Notes: generated by a model from the sequence alone, not told the origin. Shown: positions 14,201-26,265, counted from the first letter of the stretch. The stretch is DNA of 64,000 bases from Octopus vulgaris (GCA_951406725.2 OX597820.1:47306001-47370000); one strand, 5' to 3'. Numbers and translations are program-made.

Positions 14201-17200
14201 TTTGCAAAGAGAGACAAAAATTTGCATACAAACAAATTTCTGTGCAGACACTCAAGCAAAAACAAAAAAATAAGAGAGGACATTGTTTGTCACGCTTTGC
14301 TACATTTGAGTGCATGCTAACATTGCTGACATCACCACGATTGTTGTCATAACCACGGTCGTTGTCATCGTGGTCGTCACCATTGTCATTGTCATCATCG
14401 ACATTGTTGCCATCACCATCATTACCTTTGTCATTTCTACTTTCGTTATTGTCATCATCACCATCACCATTGTCATCATTGTCGTCATTAATTAATTTCT
14501 TTTCCAAACTTTCAGGTATATAAATCAATCTTCTCAGCAGCGGCCAGAATTGTTCAACAAGAAGGCATCTTAGGCTTTTGGTGTGGCATTGGTCCTTCAC
14601 TTGTCCTTGTCACACCTCAGACAGGTCTCACCTTTGGATTCCATACAATTTTTACATCAATTTTAGGGAATGATAGGAAAAGTCATTCTACATTTAGTAT
14701 GGAAAGTGAGTATTTACACTTGTTGTTGTTGCAAGAATGTCAGTATGGTTTAGAAGTTTGTTTCACAATTAATTTTATGCTTCTTGGTTCTATTTTACTG
14801 AAATGCACCTGTCTTGGGAAAGTATAACCTAGTTTAGCTTCATGTGATGTGGATGGACAACGCCATAAAAAAGCGCTGATCTCTCAAAGTGGATGGAACA
14901 CATGGAAGTGGGGGAGACCCAGGAAGACATGGGATGAAGTACTGAAGAATGACCTCAGGACGCTGAACCTTTCAGGCAAGATGACAATAGACTTGGATGC
15001 CTGGCATCATGCTGTACTCAAGAAGATCCATACTTTGCAGCTGAAGTGTTAAGACCAGTACTTCAGGTGGTGTCAAGCACTCATGACAGTGCCGTGTAAA
15101 AGCATCCATGTGGTGCCATGTAAAAGCACCCATGTGGTGCCACATGAAAGTGCCCATGCAGTGCCACATGAAAGTGCCCATTCAGTGCCCATCCAGTGCC
15201 CTTCTGGTGTCACACGAAAGTGCCCATCTGGTGTCATGAAAGTTCCCATCTGGTGTCACACGAAAGTGCCCATCTGGTTCCACACAAAAGTGCCCATCCA
15301 GTGCCCACATGAAAGTGCCCATCCAATGCCCATCCGGTTCCACACGAAAGTGCCCGTCTGGTGCCACGAAAGTGCCCATCTGGTGCCACATGAAAGTGCC
15401 CATCTGGTGCCACATGAAAGTGCCCATCTGGTGTCACACAAAAGTGCCCATCTGGTTCCACGCAAAAGTGCCCATCTGGTTCCACGCAAAAGTGCCCATC
15501 TGGTTCCACGCAAAAGTGCCCATCTGGTGCCACACAAAAGTGCCCATCTGGTGCCACACAAAAGTGCCCATCCGGTGCCACATGAAAGTTCCCATGCAGT
15601 GCTGCGTAAAAGCACCCAACACACCCTGTAAAGTGGTTGGCGTTAGAAAAGGCATTCAACTGTAGAAACCGTGCCAAATCAGACTGGAGTCTGGTGCAGC
15701 TCCTCAACTTGCCAGCTCTGTCCGAACCATCCAACCCGTGCCAGCATGGACAACGGATGTTAAGTGATGATGATGATGTTCATCCAGGCTGTAGGAATGA
15801 AATTGAGAAGAGGAAATTATGTAGAAGAAGCTTGTTTCTTAGTTTAAGATTGTCACCTGATTCACCATAACCCCTTTTACTGTGGAAATCAAATATGTCC
15901 ACTCAAAGTTTCATTACCCTTAACTGCAGAAAGCAGTTTTGTTTACTCCCACTGCTGAAGAGGTCTGCAAGAGTCCTGTGCTGGTGCCACCTGAAAATCT
16001 CTCATACTGGTGTCATAAAAGCACGTCTGCTGGTGCCATGTTAAAAGCACCCAGCACACACACTGTAAAGTGGTTGGCATTAAGGAAGAGCATCCAGCTG
16101 TAGAAACCTACATTATAATTCAATACATATAAGATAAGAATACAATAATAAAAATCATAATATAAATTATTGAAATCATTAAAATCACTCCTTACAGCTG
16201 TTTCAGCCTATGGATAAAATTAGTTTTTTTTTTCAGTGCCTATAGTTGTCAGTTATATTGAGGTTGTAGGCATTTAAAAACAGGGTACTTATATATAACC
16301 ATAGGCCTCGTCAGAGATTATAAAGAACTTTAAAAATATTAATACATGAAACAGGATACACGTACAATTTAATATATATTAAAATATGAACAAATATCCA
16401 TATACACTCACACATATACATACATAAGCAGAGTATATATACTTTTACATGTGTATAAATACATAAATAAACACAAACAATAGGTCCAAGCGAATAGACC
16501 ATTTGTCACATACATATATACTGGAAAATATACATACGTCTATGCTCATGACTACATAAACAATTATTACTAATATTATTATTATTGTTATATTTATCAA
16601 TAATAACAATATTATTAGATTTAGAGTAATCGTCACTTCATAATACATATTAAAATAGATTCCAATATATCATATATTACGATACAATATAAACAATTTT
16701 TTACGGTAGATTTAATTTTATAAATTTTAAATCCACAATCCATACAAACATATATATATATATATATATATATACACAAAAACGTACAGTTAGACCATGG
16801 CTTTTAGAATATAGTTCTTCTTCATATGTACAAGTCCATGCGTATGGGTAAGCTGTAAGGAGTGATTTTAATGATTTCAATAATTTATATTATGATTTTT
16901 ATAATTGTATTCTTATCTTATATGTATTGAATTGTAATGTATATATGTATTAAGGTTCTCAATTTTGTTAAATGAATAAATAAGTCAACATTCTAATATC
17001 CGAAAGCTGATGAACCAACTAAATTGTTTCTCCATTTTCTTATTTGTATTATAAATTAATGGTAAAATATTTATTTATCTTCACCCATTTAATACAATAA
17101 ATAAGTTAATTGCATTGCAATTAAAACCATTTGTGTATTAAGAATTTGGGTATTATACCAACAGTATATTGGATAAATATTATCCCTTAGTGGGTTGGAT

Positions 17201-17596
17201 CCATAACCCCTAACTTACTTAGTGTTTTATATATATATATTCAGAACAATTAATGTGTATATATTTTGAGAAGAGTTAAATTTTGTAATTTCAGATCAAA
17301 TTAAAACTTTCATAAGTGGACTCAGCAGTGGGATGTCTGCCAAACTAATTGTCTATCCTTTTGATGTTGTTAAGAAACGTCTGCAAGTACAGGACTTTAA
17401 GGAGGCTCGGTCGAAATTTGGTAAAGTACGTTCCTATAATGGCATGGTCAGCTGTCTCCAGGGGATTTTCCTTGAAGAAGGAATCCGGGGTTTGTACAAA
17501 GGATTATTCCCAACTATGTTGAAGGCAGGGTCTGTGAGTGGTGTTACATTTATGATCTATGAAATGACTTGTGGTTTCCTCTCAAAATGGAGGTGA
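8096..17596 (+). CDS. SLC25A19: Mitochondrial thiamine pyrophosphate carrier (SLC25 family), spliced CDS join(8096-8224,9939-10094,12478-12657,14516-14705,17295-17596), 318 aa
   Basis: Five exons with GT-AG boundaries join in frame (129+156+180+190+302=957 nt). Three carrier signatures PxDxx[KR] (PLDVVK, PIDLLR, PFDVVK). SLC25A19-typical segments: MVGY N-terminus, KYHG, WKGHLPAQ, RTRFVAQGEPK, KKRLQV..F..AR..FG.V..Y.G. Confidence 0.95.
8730..9470 (-). mobile_element. Heavily decayed LINE (Jockey/L2-group) 3' fragment in intron 1
   Basis: Compositionally distinct segment with remnants resembling an RT C-terminus (LQP..H...S.FS); many frameshifts. Confidence 0.35.
9939..10094 (+). CDS. SLC25A19: SLC25A19 coding exon 2 (LQIEPVSK...WKGHLPAQFLTVFYGMVQ)
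   Basis: Acceptor ccatgtag|, donor caa|gtaagt, phase 0-0, 156 nt. Confidence 0.93.
10740..11830 (-). mobile_element. 5' fragment of a restriction-like-endonuclease class (HERO/NeSL-like) non-LTR retrotransposon in intron 2
   Basis: IYDTGKELFG...KRIRKMKQLRREKNSLRNQWKCAEEKEKPGLTQLYEDL resembles the pre-RT region of HERO-type elements; upstream CKLC zinc-finger-like remnant. Assigned from memory. Confidence 0.55.
12019..12434 (-). mobile_element. SINE family A, intron 2
   Basis: Reverse-complement match to 3520-3900, diverged. Confidence 0.8.
12478..12657 (+). CDS. SLC25A19: SLC25A19 coding exon 3 (FSSYEFF...RTRFVAQGEPK)
   Basis: Acceptor ttcttttccag|, donor aag|gtaagg, phase 0-0, 180 nt. Confidence 0.93.
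13225..13610 (+). mobile_element. SINE family A, intron 3
   Basis: Match to 3520-3900. Confidence 0.85.
13747..14085 (-). mobile_element. tRNA-derived SINE, family E, intron 3
   Basis: 11-bp TSD gcattttaaat; homologous to 26737-27075. Confidence 0.85.
14516..14705 (+). CDS. SLC25A19: SLC25A19 coding exon 4 (VYKSIFSAAARIVQQEGILGFWCGIGPSL...)
   Basis: Absent from the ORF track; translated by hand. Acceptor actttcag|, donor gaaa|gtgagt, phase 0-1, carrier EG..GFW.G motif. Confidence 0.9.
14820..15780 (+). mobile_element. RTE-like LINE 3' end with a minisatellite in the 3' UTR and a (GAT)n tail
   Basis: GRPRKTWDEVLKNDLRTLNLS..MTIDLDAW is a typical RTE ORF terminus. Related 3'-end copies at 1186-1560, 2594-2790, 15950-16107, 19390-19690 and 20476-20660. 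Confidence 0.75.
15088..15620 (+). repeat. 24-bp minisatellite, consensus aaaagtgcccatctggtgccacac (~22 copies)
   Basis: Directly visible tandem units with sub-variants. Confidence 0.92.
16109..16941. mobile_element. Penelope-like remnant bounded by ~91-bp inverted repeats (16109-16199 / 16851-16941)
   Basis: Near-perfect inverted arms plus a hammerhead motif; this combination is characteristic of Penelope pseudo-LTRs. Confidence 0.55.
16190..16317 (-). ncRNA. Hammerhead ribozyme motif with long helix II loop, antisense in SLC25A19 intron 4
   Basis: Minus strand reads tct-CTGACGA-ggcctatgg...(~85 nt)...ccataggct-GAAA-cagctg-TA-agg. 9-bp helix II, palindromic helix III ACAGCTGT, GUA triplet, short helix I. 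Confidence 0.6.
17295..17596 (+). CDS. SLC25A19: SLC25A19 coding exon 5 (terminal, ...YPFDVVKKRLQ...GFLSKWR*)
   Basis: Acceptor aatttcag|, phase 1 matches exon 4, TGA stop ends at 17596. Confidence 0.93.
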
Positions 17597-18253
17597 CGAT
17601 AGTAATGGTTAGAAATTCAATATATATTATATATGATAAATATGTTTGTATGCAGGTGTGGCTGTGTGGTAAGAAGTTTGCTTCCCAACTACTTGGTTTC
17701 AGGTTCAGTTCCACTGTATGGTACTTTGGTCAAGTGTCCTCTGCTATAGTCCCAGGCTGACCAAAGTCTTGAGAGTGGATTTGGCTGACAGAAACTGAAA
17801 GAAGCCCATTGTTTACATGTGTATATGTCTGCGTCTCATTGCCTTCACAATAATTGTAAATGAGTGTCGCCATAATGCAAACGTTATTGGTCATTTCTAG
17901 TATTCTGAGAAAATGTCTAATTGTGGGGGGAAATGACTACCTTACTTGGAAACAGGTAAGGGCTGGTGATCGGAAAGGGCACCTGGTTGTAGAAGATCTA
18001 CCTCAACGAGCATGGAAAAGTGAACATTAAAACAATAATGATATAAGAAGACAGAAGACATGGAGGGAAATTATAAAGGTTAATCTCAGGATGCTGAAAT
18101 GAAAGAATCCCCCTCCCCCATGGCAAATCACACACTAGCACAAGAAACAGGTGTAAAGATGCAGCTAACGATGTTATATATGAATATAATACACACGTGT
18201 ATGTACTCCTTGCTGGAGACAATCAGTTCATAGCAAAATGGTGTGATTTATAG

Positions 18254-18259
18254 AATAAA
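18254..18259 (+). promoter_or_regulatory. Candidate polyadenylation signal of SLC25A19
   Basis: AATAAA about 660 nt after the stop codon. Position only; the hexamer is common in AT-rich DNA. Confidence 0.35.
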
Positions 18260-18341
18260 AAAATTTCTGTGAAGAAGTTATAGTATCAATACATATGAGT
18301 CCAACAAAATATGTATATATTTTTCTTCTAGTCTACAATCA

Positions 18342-18372
<31 letters not shown>

Positions 18373-20053
18373 ACACAAACACACACACACATACATACAC
18401 ACACGTGTTGTTTGTGTGTGTGTGGGGATCATTGACGTCATCGTCATCGACGTCATCATCGTTTTTACGACCTCTTTTCCATGCTTGCACGAGTAAAACA
18501 ATTCGTTGTAGCAAATTTTCTATGGCTTGATGCTCTTCCTGTCGTCCACCCTTGTTTCCAAGCAACGTAATATCTAGCCAAGACGTGACATATTTTCGTG
18601 GCAGATCGGAAACGAATTATATCGTTTGTATAACAGCGATACTTGTTTATAACTGTTGGTCTATGTTAAATTGACGAGGCACCTAACATAAATGCACAAC
18701 GCACACAGATGGATTTCTTTCAGTATCCGTCTCCCGAATCGACTCACAAATTTCATGGGGTTATGGTTACAGAAGACATTTGCCCAAAGTGCAGGGACTG
18801 GGCAGAAACTACGCAATTGCGAAGCACATGGTGTGTACGCGATGGGTAATGTAAATATTATCTATTGAAGGGAAGTAACTCTTTTCTATGAGTTACTCCC
18901 CTTACATCATTCATTACACGAACTTTTTTTTTTTATTACATAAAGTACTTGCCACAGTTTCACTTAACCCCTCGAAGGCATTGCATTACCATGGTAACGA
19001 ATGGCCGAAACTGTCTTTAAAAAAAAAAAAAAAAAAAAAAACTTTCGTATTTATTTATTACAGAAACGTCAAACATCTCAGGGAATGCTGGGAGGATGAA
19101 ATACTTGCTTAATAATAAATTTATTGCTTTTGTTTATATTTTTATTCTTTTACATTAACTGTTTATAATTTACATGTATACTTGATAAAAGACGGAATGG
19201 TCATGGCTGGAATGCTTTTACTAAGAAGTCTTCTCATTCAGGATTGACTTGATTTTTAGAAAAACAACATTGACACAAAATATTTAGGGGTTACCTGCTA
19301 CCCCATTACGAGTTATAGATTGTTTTTCCTATTTTAGTATTGGTACAGTGACTGAGTAGAATAGATAGAACATTTATTCATAGATTCTTCATCATCGTCA
19401 TCGTTTAACGTCTGCCTTCCATGCTGGCATGGGTTGGATGGTTAGAGAGGAGCTGACTGGTAGAAAACAGCAACAGACTTCTGTGTCTGTTTTGGCATGG
19501 TTTTTTATGGCTGGATGCCCTTCCTGACGCCAACCATCCTGCTGAGTGGACTGAGTGCTTTTTATATAGCACCATCACAGATGAGGTCAGTTTTGGCATG
19601 GTTTTTTAAAGCTGGATGCCCTTCCAAACTCCAACCACTTTACAGTGTGGACTAGATGCTTATCACATGGTACCAGCACTGCCAGGGTCACCAAGTGGCT
19701 TATTGTGTGTTCAAATTCAGTGCAGGTGTGCTTTTGTGTCTTCTGGGGTGAAACACTTTGTTGTAGATCCCTTAGTTTACTGACAATATGCATTGGATCA
19801 TCTGGGGATGTTGTCTGTAATAGACTGGTGTCTTATCCAGGAGGGAGATGTATTTCTTATTTGCTCAATACCCTGAAACCAGAACTCTGCATAGGTCTTG
19901 AACAGCTTTTCAAGAATTTACATATCTCGTTTTTCTAAAGTTTAGCTTTTAAGCATGTAGAACCAAGCTGTTTAAGTCTATCACCAAAATCCCTCTGGTT
20001 TTGTGTTGTTCAACTTTTTATCAATGAAGTTTCTACTATACATCAGTAGTTAT

Positions 20054-20398
20054 TCTTTTCAGTCATTCGGGTGTGGCCATGCTGGGACACTGCCTTACAT
20101 TTTTAGCTGAATGAATTGACCCCAGTGCTTTTAAAAAAAATTTTAAGCCTGGTACTTATAATATTGGCTTCTTTTACTGAGCTGCTAAGTTATGGGGATG
20201 TAAATACATCAAAACTGGTAGTCAAGCAGTGGTGGGACACACCCCGCAACACGACAGGTTTCATTCAGTTTCTGTTTACCAAATCCATTCACAAGGCTTT
20301 GGCTGACCCGAGGCTATAGTAGAAGACACTTGCCCAAGGTGTCACACAATGGGACTGAACCTGAAACCATGTGGTTGGAAAGCAAGCTTCTTACCACA
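20054..20398 (-). mobile_element. SINE family A
   Basis: Reverse-complement match. Confidence 0.8.
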
Positions 20399-20744
20399 TT
20401 ACATCATGGACCAGTTTCATGCAATAAAATTTCTCCATGGACTGGGGGATCACATGCATAACAAAATACAAAGTGCATCATCATTAATTAATGTCTGTTT
20501 TCCATGCTAGATTGGGTTGCATGGCTTGACAGGAACTGGCAAAGCCAGGGGCCACACCAGGTTCCATAGTTTGTTTTGTTTTGGATTCTACAGCTATATG
20601 CCCTTCCTAATGCCAAACACTTAACTGAGTGTACTAGGTGCTTTCTATGTGGCGCCATGATTTAATTATTACCTATATGATGCAAATGTAATTATTGCAT
20701 TGTATAGTATATACTTTATTTCCAGCATTATTACATTGTGATAT

Positions 20745-21053
20745 CACGTGATCACGTGACCGACCAGACCATCAGATGTTGTTACACATCGCTGGTCACA
20801 ATGTGTTCGCATTGTTTTAGCCTTCGAATGACGCCACCCCGCTGGCTAAGCGAGCAGGCCAACAGAAGAAAGAGTGGGAGAAAGAGTGGTGGAAGAGTAC
20901 AGCAGGGATCACCACCCCCTGTCGGAGCCTCGTGGAGCTTTTTTTTAGATGTTTTCGCTCAATAAACACTCACAAAGCCTGGTCTGGGAATCGAAACCAC
21001 GATCCTGCGACCGCGAGTCCGCTGCCCTAACCACTAGGCCATTGCGTCTCCAC
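20745..21053 (-). mobile_element. tRNA-derived SINE, family B (tail type 1)
   Basis: Head tggagacgcaatggcctagtggttaggg...ggtttcgattccc; 12-bp TSD acattgtgatat. Confidence 0.88.
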
Positions 21054-21559
21054 ACATTGTGATATACATAATACAATTCATTATTATTGTTACAATTATT
21101 TTGTGAATGTAATTTATCAGTGCATGAAAAATAACTATGATGTAGACAACTACAGGAAAAAAAAAAAAGCACAAATGGAAGTGGTAATTTTTCAAAATAC
21201 AACACTCTGCAGACTGTGAAAGGTGAAATAGAAATAAAATTTTAAAATTTATTATTTTAGTGTGACCTGGCACTAAATGATCCACAGTCTGGTACTTGTA
21301 TGTAGCTCAGTGATTGGAGGTCCCTGTTATACAAGGTGTTCAGGACAATGATGTTCAAATACTTTTACAACTGCAGATCACATTTTTAGAATTTAAATAT
21401 AAAACCATATTCTTCCTTAGTATTTATTGGTGTTGTATTGTTCTAGAGATAGATGGTTCACTGAATCCTCTTCAATTATAGTTTCCATTTTCTGAATGAG
21501 GAATTTAATATAAGTGATGATAGTGGGATGGGTCTTATTGAATTTTGAAGGCTTTTACC

Positions 21560-21965
21560 TGTTATACTCTGAGCGCCTTGTTTCCCTGGGCATGGATTCA
21601 CTGAACCTCCGGCGTCTGGCGATGGACTTGGTAGACACCCACAAAGTTATCAACCACCTCACCAACAACAACACTGAACACCTTTTTGATCTTGATATGT
21701 CTAACACACGTGGACATGCCTACAAAGTCAGAAAACAACACAGCTCCCATGACTTTCGGAAACATTTTTTCACGCTCAGAGTTGCTGAAGCATGGAACAA
21801 ACTGCCTGCGTCAGTTGTTGACTGCCATGACACTGCATCCTTTAAGGCCCTCATGCTTTCCGAAATCCGCCGAAACTACACCTGATGATACATACACTTT
21901 AGATGAGTTGTAGTGCACCTGAGCACTGTACACAGTGTTTTTATTATTTATTTATTATTTATTAT
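21560..21965 (+). mobile_element. 5'-truncated CR1-type LINE 3' end
   Basis: YSERLVSLGMDSL..RR, NTRGHAYK, RKHFFTLRVAEAWNKLPASVV, then a short 3' UTR and TTA-type tail. Confidence 0.85.
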
Positions 21966-23010
21966 TTATATTTTGTTGTTGGGTTTTGTTACTACAATTT
22001 TATATTTATATATTGACAGTATTTGACCACATGAGCATAGGGTACTGTGTATGTGTGCTAAGGTTTACTTACAGTCACTAAAACAGTTTGTGATTTCTCT
22101 TTCCTTTCTATATTTGCTTTACATTCACTGAGGATTGTTAGCATTAACTACCTGTGTTTTCCGGAATCCTTGATTTTTGCAGAAAATATGTAATGTAGAT
22201 ACATCTTCTGTACAGCACTAGAATGTTTATTGCTAATGAGATTAAGTCCAAGTGACACAAATATTGTTTTAGATAAAAAAAAAAATTCATATTTTGGTGT
22301 TAAGAAATGTATATATCGTTATTGGTTGGTTTGTAGGTTAGAAAAGTGTAAAGCATTCATAAATGAGTAGTAGCAGAATTATTGTTTCTCTGCAAGAAAA
22401 TAACTAACACCAGGGTTTAAAGATTGTGAAAATCACTTCCGGGAGGAAATGCCACTGATATGAAATTCAACACCTTACTCGTATGTCACTCTAAAAATCT
22501 GAGTTCTCTCAAAGGTCACACAAATTTACCCCTGATCTGGTATTCAAATATAAAGGCATAGATGTTAAGAGCTTTTTTTTTTGTAGCATGGTTTACAAAC
22601 ATTTATCCTGCTTTAGAAAGGTGCTGTTTCAGACATTATTTCCAACAATGCATTGCACATTTTAGGCACTGCACTGCACCAAACCATTCAGTTAACTTAA
22701 ATGAACTTTCTTAATAACGTATGAGCAGAATATACCCCACTGAGAATCCTTCTTTGTTTAACCAATGAAACAAGGTGTGGGTGCAGACTTAAAAGACATA
22801 TCTGAGAAATTTATGAAAGTGAACTGAAGTTTGAAAACTATACAATCTAATTTTCAGTAAAACATTTTCATTGTTACTTGGTTACATATTTGGGAATAAA
22901 CAAAATTCAGTTTTCCTGTTTTTAATATCTAAGAGTAAGATTTATTTTTCATAAGTAGAAGTGAGTGTTATTATGATTTCTACTATAAGCACAAGGCCTG
23001 TGTGTGTATG

Positions 23011-23052
<42 letters not shown>

Positions 23053-23551
23053 TGCTCTGTAGAAGGCGTCTAAATTCCAATAAAAAGGTATTCCAATGTT
23101 AGAGCTTTGTATCTTTATTAGAAACCAGCACCTTTCTCGGAGGAAGATTTCAGATAATAAAAGAAACAAGAAACATACATATCTACAAACAAACATTCAT
23201 ACTCTTGTCTAGACATGCAAGTATATGTGTCAGTATACACACTGATAAAACAAAGTATACAGATTTGCAATTGCTCAGACTCCAAATGCTTGCTCATACC
23301 CACATATACAGTACAACTATCATGGTGACGTTTTTAAAATTCCAACGAACGAGTTTTGGATTTAGGTTAGAAACCAGCTCTTTTGCCATTGGTAAGGAAT
23401 CTAGTAATAAAGCTAAATAATCATGTCTATACATATAAATTTTGTTCTTTTATATGCTTCAGTCATTTAGACTGGCTGTGTTGTGGCATTGCCTCAGTGT
23501 TTGGTACATATTTTATTGACAATGTAAAGAAAGAAAGTTAAAGTCAATACG

Positions 23552-23918
23552 GGAAGCGTATCTGTGGGGTAAGAAGCTTGCTTCCCGACCACATGGTTCT
23601 GGCTTCAGTCCCACTGCGTTGCACCTTGATCAAGTGTCTTCTACAAGTGCCTTTGGGTAACCAAAGCCTTGTGAGTGGATTTGGTAGACGGAAACTGAAA
23701 GAAGCCCGTCGAGTGTGTGTGTGTGTATATATATGTGTGTGTGCCTACACCACCATCGCTTGACAACCGATGTTGGTGTGCTTACGTCCCCGTAACTTAG
23801 CAGTTCAGCAAAAGAGACCAATAGAATAAGTTGTAGGCTTACAAAGAATAAATCCTGGGGTTGATTTCTTTGACTAAAAGGCGGTGCTCCGGCATAGCCG
23901 CAGTCGAATGGAATAAAA
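23552..23918 (+). mobile_element. SINE family A
   Basis: Match to 3520-3900. Confidence 0.83.
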
Positions 23919-24064
23919 GAACTATTTGTATTTTGTTCGATACTCTACTGGTTCTTTCACCCCACCCCATTAAATATATATATAGTCAATGGAATCCTAT
24001 AGTTTCGTGTTTCTCAAACTTCGTTCACAATGCTATGGCTAAAGACACCTGCTCATTATGACAT

Positions 24065-24309
24065 TTTTTTTGCGCGCTTTTAAAGCCTAGCCAGGCTCAT
24101 GGGCCCAGTTTCAATGGCATATGTGTTCCCCAGCTGGACTGGACACCAGTATATCGCAGTGTTACTCATTTTTGCCAGCTGAGTGGACTGGAGCAACGTG
24201 AAATAAAGTGTTTTGCTCAAGAACACAACGTGTCGCCTGGTCCAGGAATCAAAACGACAATCTTACGATCATGATGCTGACACCCTAGCCACTAAGCCAC
24301 GAGCCTCCA
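24065..24309 (-). mobile_element. Chimeric SINE (family E body, family B type 2 tail)
   Basis: 11-bp TSD cattatgacat. Confidence 0.78.
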
Positions 24310-24522
24310 CATTATGACATATAGTGGAAACAAATCCAAATCAATGTCATGATGAAGTGAAACTGTTGGATAAATGGTTAGGCCTGTACACACGTGTGTG
24401 TATATGTACAGACGTATACGTGTGTGTGTGTTCTCTTTCTAATTTTAGAGTAAATTTTAACCGGCCACCTACATAGCAAGGTTGCGAAAGAAATTATCTT
24501 CTTTTAACCATCATCCTTTAAG

Positions 24523-24735
24523 TCAGCGCCTCTTAAACTATGGGTCACGATCCCAAATGGGGTTGTGAAGCTAAATGCTGGGGTCGCGAAAATTAAATTC
24601 AAACACTCGAATTTCAGTTTATATATTATTTCACAAATGTAAAATATTTAATGTGATGCATCATATTTAATAACTGGGGTCTCGAAAAATCTCATGGTGA
24701 AAAATGGGGTCATGAATGAAAAAAAGTTTAAGAAG
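24523..24735. mobile_element. hAT-like MITE remnant
   Basis: cagcgcctcttaaact ... agtttaagaagg with repeated tggggtc subterminal motifs; right end degraded. Confidence 0.5.
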
Positions 24736-24912
24736 GTTTTGCAAATTTTATAGTCTCAGATATCATGGTCAATTCTAGCATATGAATAAAAATTTTGCAT
24801 TCTCTTTCCAACATCCGAAGTTCAGCCATACTTTGCTCCAGTTGAGTTGGTATGTATCTTGTTGCTTCAGTAATAATAGGTATGATGCGGGAGGTGTATG
24901 TATGCACGTACG

Positions 24913-26163
24913 TACGAGGGTCGGCTGTCCAAGATACTCTGATGGAATATCACCAAATGAGATTTATTTTGTAACATAGTCCATCTTGCGTTCCACACAC
25001 TTCTTCAACTGGTGTTGCAGTGCTTGGATCCTACTGGTGAAGAAACTATTATCCTGTTAATTAAAAAAGTCATCAACTGCAGATATGATATCATCATTAC
25101 TGCGATACTGGTTCCCAACGAAGTATTTTTTCATGTTGGAGAACAGATGATAGTTTGGGGCCAAATTTGTAGAATAGAGAGGCTGATCATAGCAAGATTT
25201 GAAATCAGAACGTAAAGAGCCGAACAAACATTCAGAGTCATTGAAACCAAGGCCTTGTGTGCTGGAGCATTGTCCTGATGGAACAAGATCCCTTTCAAGT
25301 TTCTCGATGCATTTGGTCTTGATGACCTTTCGTAATTGTCTCAGCAAGTTGGCAAAGTACTCTCCATTGATGGTGTGGTTTTTTGAAGATAGTCGATAAA
25401 AAATGCCTTTTGCATCCTCCGAAATTGAGACCATCAACTTTCCCACAGATGAAACTACCTTTGCTTTCTACAGAGCAGGTGAGGAGTGGGTGTTTCCACT
25501 GCATGAAGTATCTCTCTATTTCCAACTCAAAGCGATGAAGCAAACACTAGTTCTGTGTTAGAAAACGTTCAAATAAACCAGCTGGTTCTGTCTGAAACAA
25601 CGTCAGATTTTCCTGTGATGTGATCAGCCTGGTGCATTTAGATCAGGTGTCAGAAGACGTGGCAGACACCGAGCAGAAACCTTCGTCGTGCTAAGTTTAT
25701 TGGACAGCATATTCTCAACTCTCTAACAGGATATGTTAATAATACTGTCTATTTGATTTATAGTCAATTGCTTGTCATCTATCACTATGTTGTGAATAAG
25801 GTAAATGTTTTCCTCCATCGTGACAATTGCAGGACGTCAAGACCTCGGGTCATCTTTAAGACTGTCTCTTCCCCTCCTAAATTCAACTTTCCCCCCTTTT
25901 GCTCTATTAATAAAGCTGGAGTGTCATCCCCTAATGTAGCAACCATGTAAGCACGAATGTCCTTGGAGGCGAAAGCCTTTCCCTTGCAGGCACTTGATAA
26001 CAGCACGATGTTATTAGTTACTTTTGAATTTTTTTTTTTGATCAGTCGGGTATCAATTTACTTGGAAAGAAAATGCAGCTATAACGTAATGCATGCAAGA
26101 TTTCACAGCCCTAGCATCACTCCTTCATAGTCAGCCTATGAACTTTTCAGGCCCCACCTTGTA
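24913..26163 (-). mobile_element. Decayed full-length mariner element
   Basis: TA-flanked ends tacgagggtcggctg / aacttttcaggccccaccttgta, ~1.25 kb. Transposase fragments GKLMVSI..DAKGI, TINGEYFANLL, YSTNLAPNYHLF (degenerate YSPDLAP). Confidence 0.88.
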
Positions 26164-26265
26164 TGTGTTACATGGATTTGTATGTAAATGTACAACGAAT
26201 AACATCATAGGCTTACATGTACCCTAGAAAAATATAAGAAGCAAGCCTTCATATGTATTATATGT

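Noticed and set aside
15083-15734. ORFs of 118-182 aa with HLVPHESA / VAPDGHF repeats
   Set aside because: Translations of a 24-bp intronic minisatellite that is open in nearly all frames on both strands.
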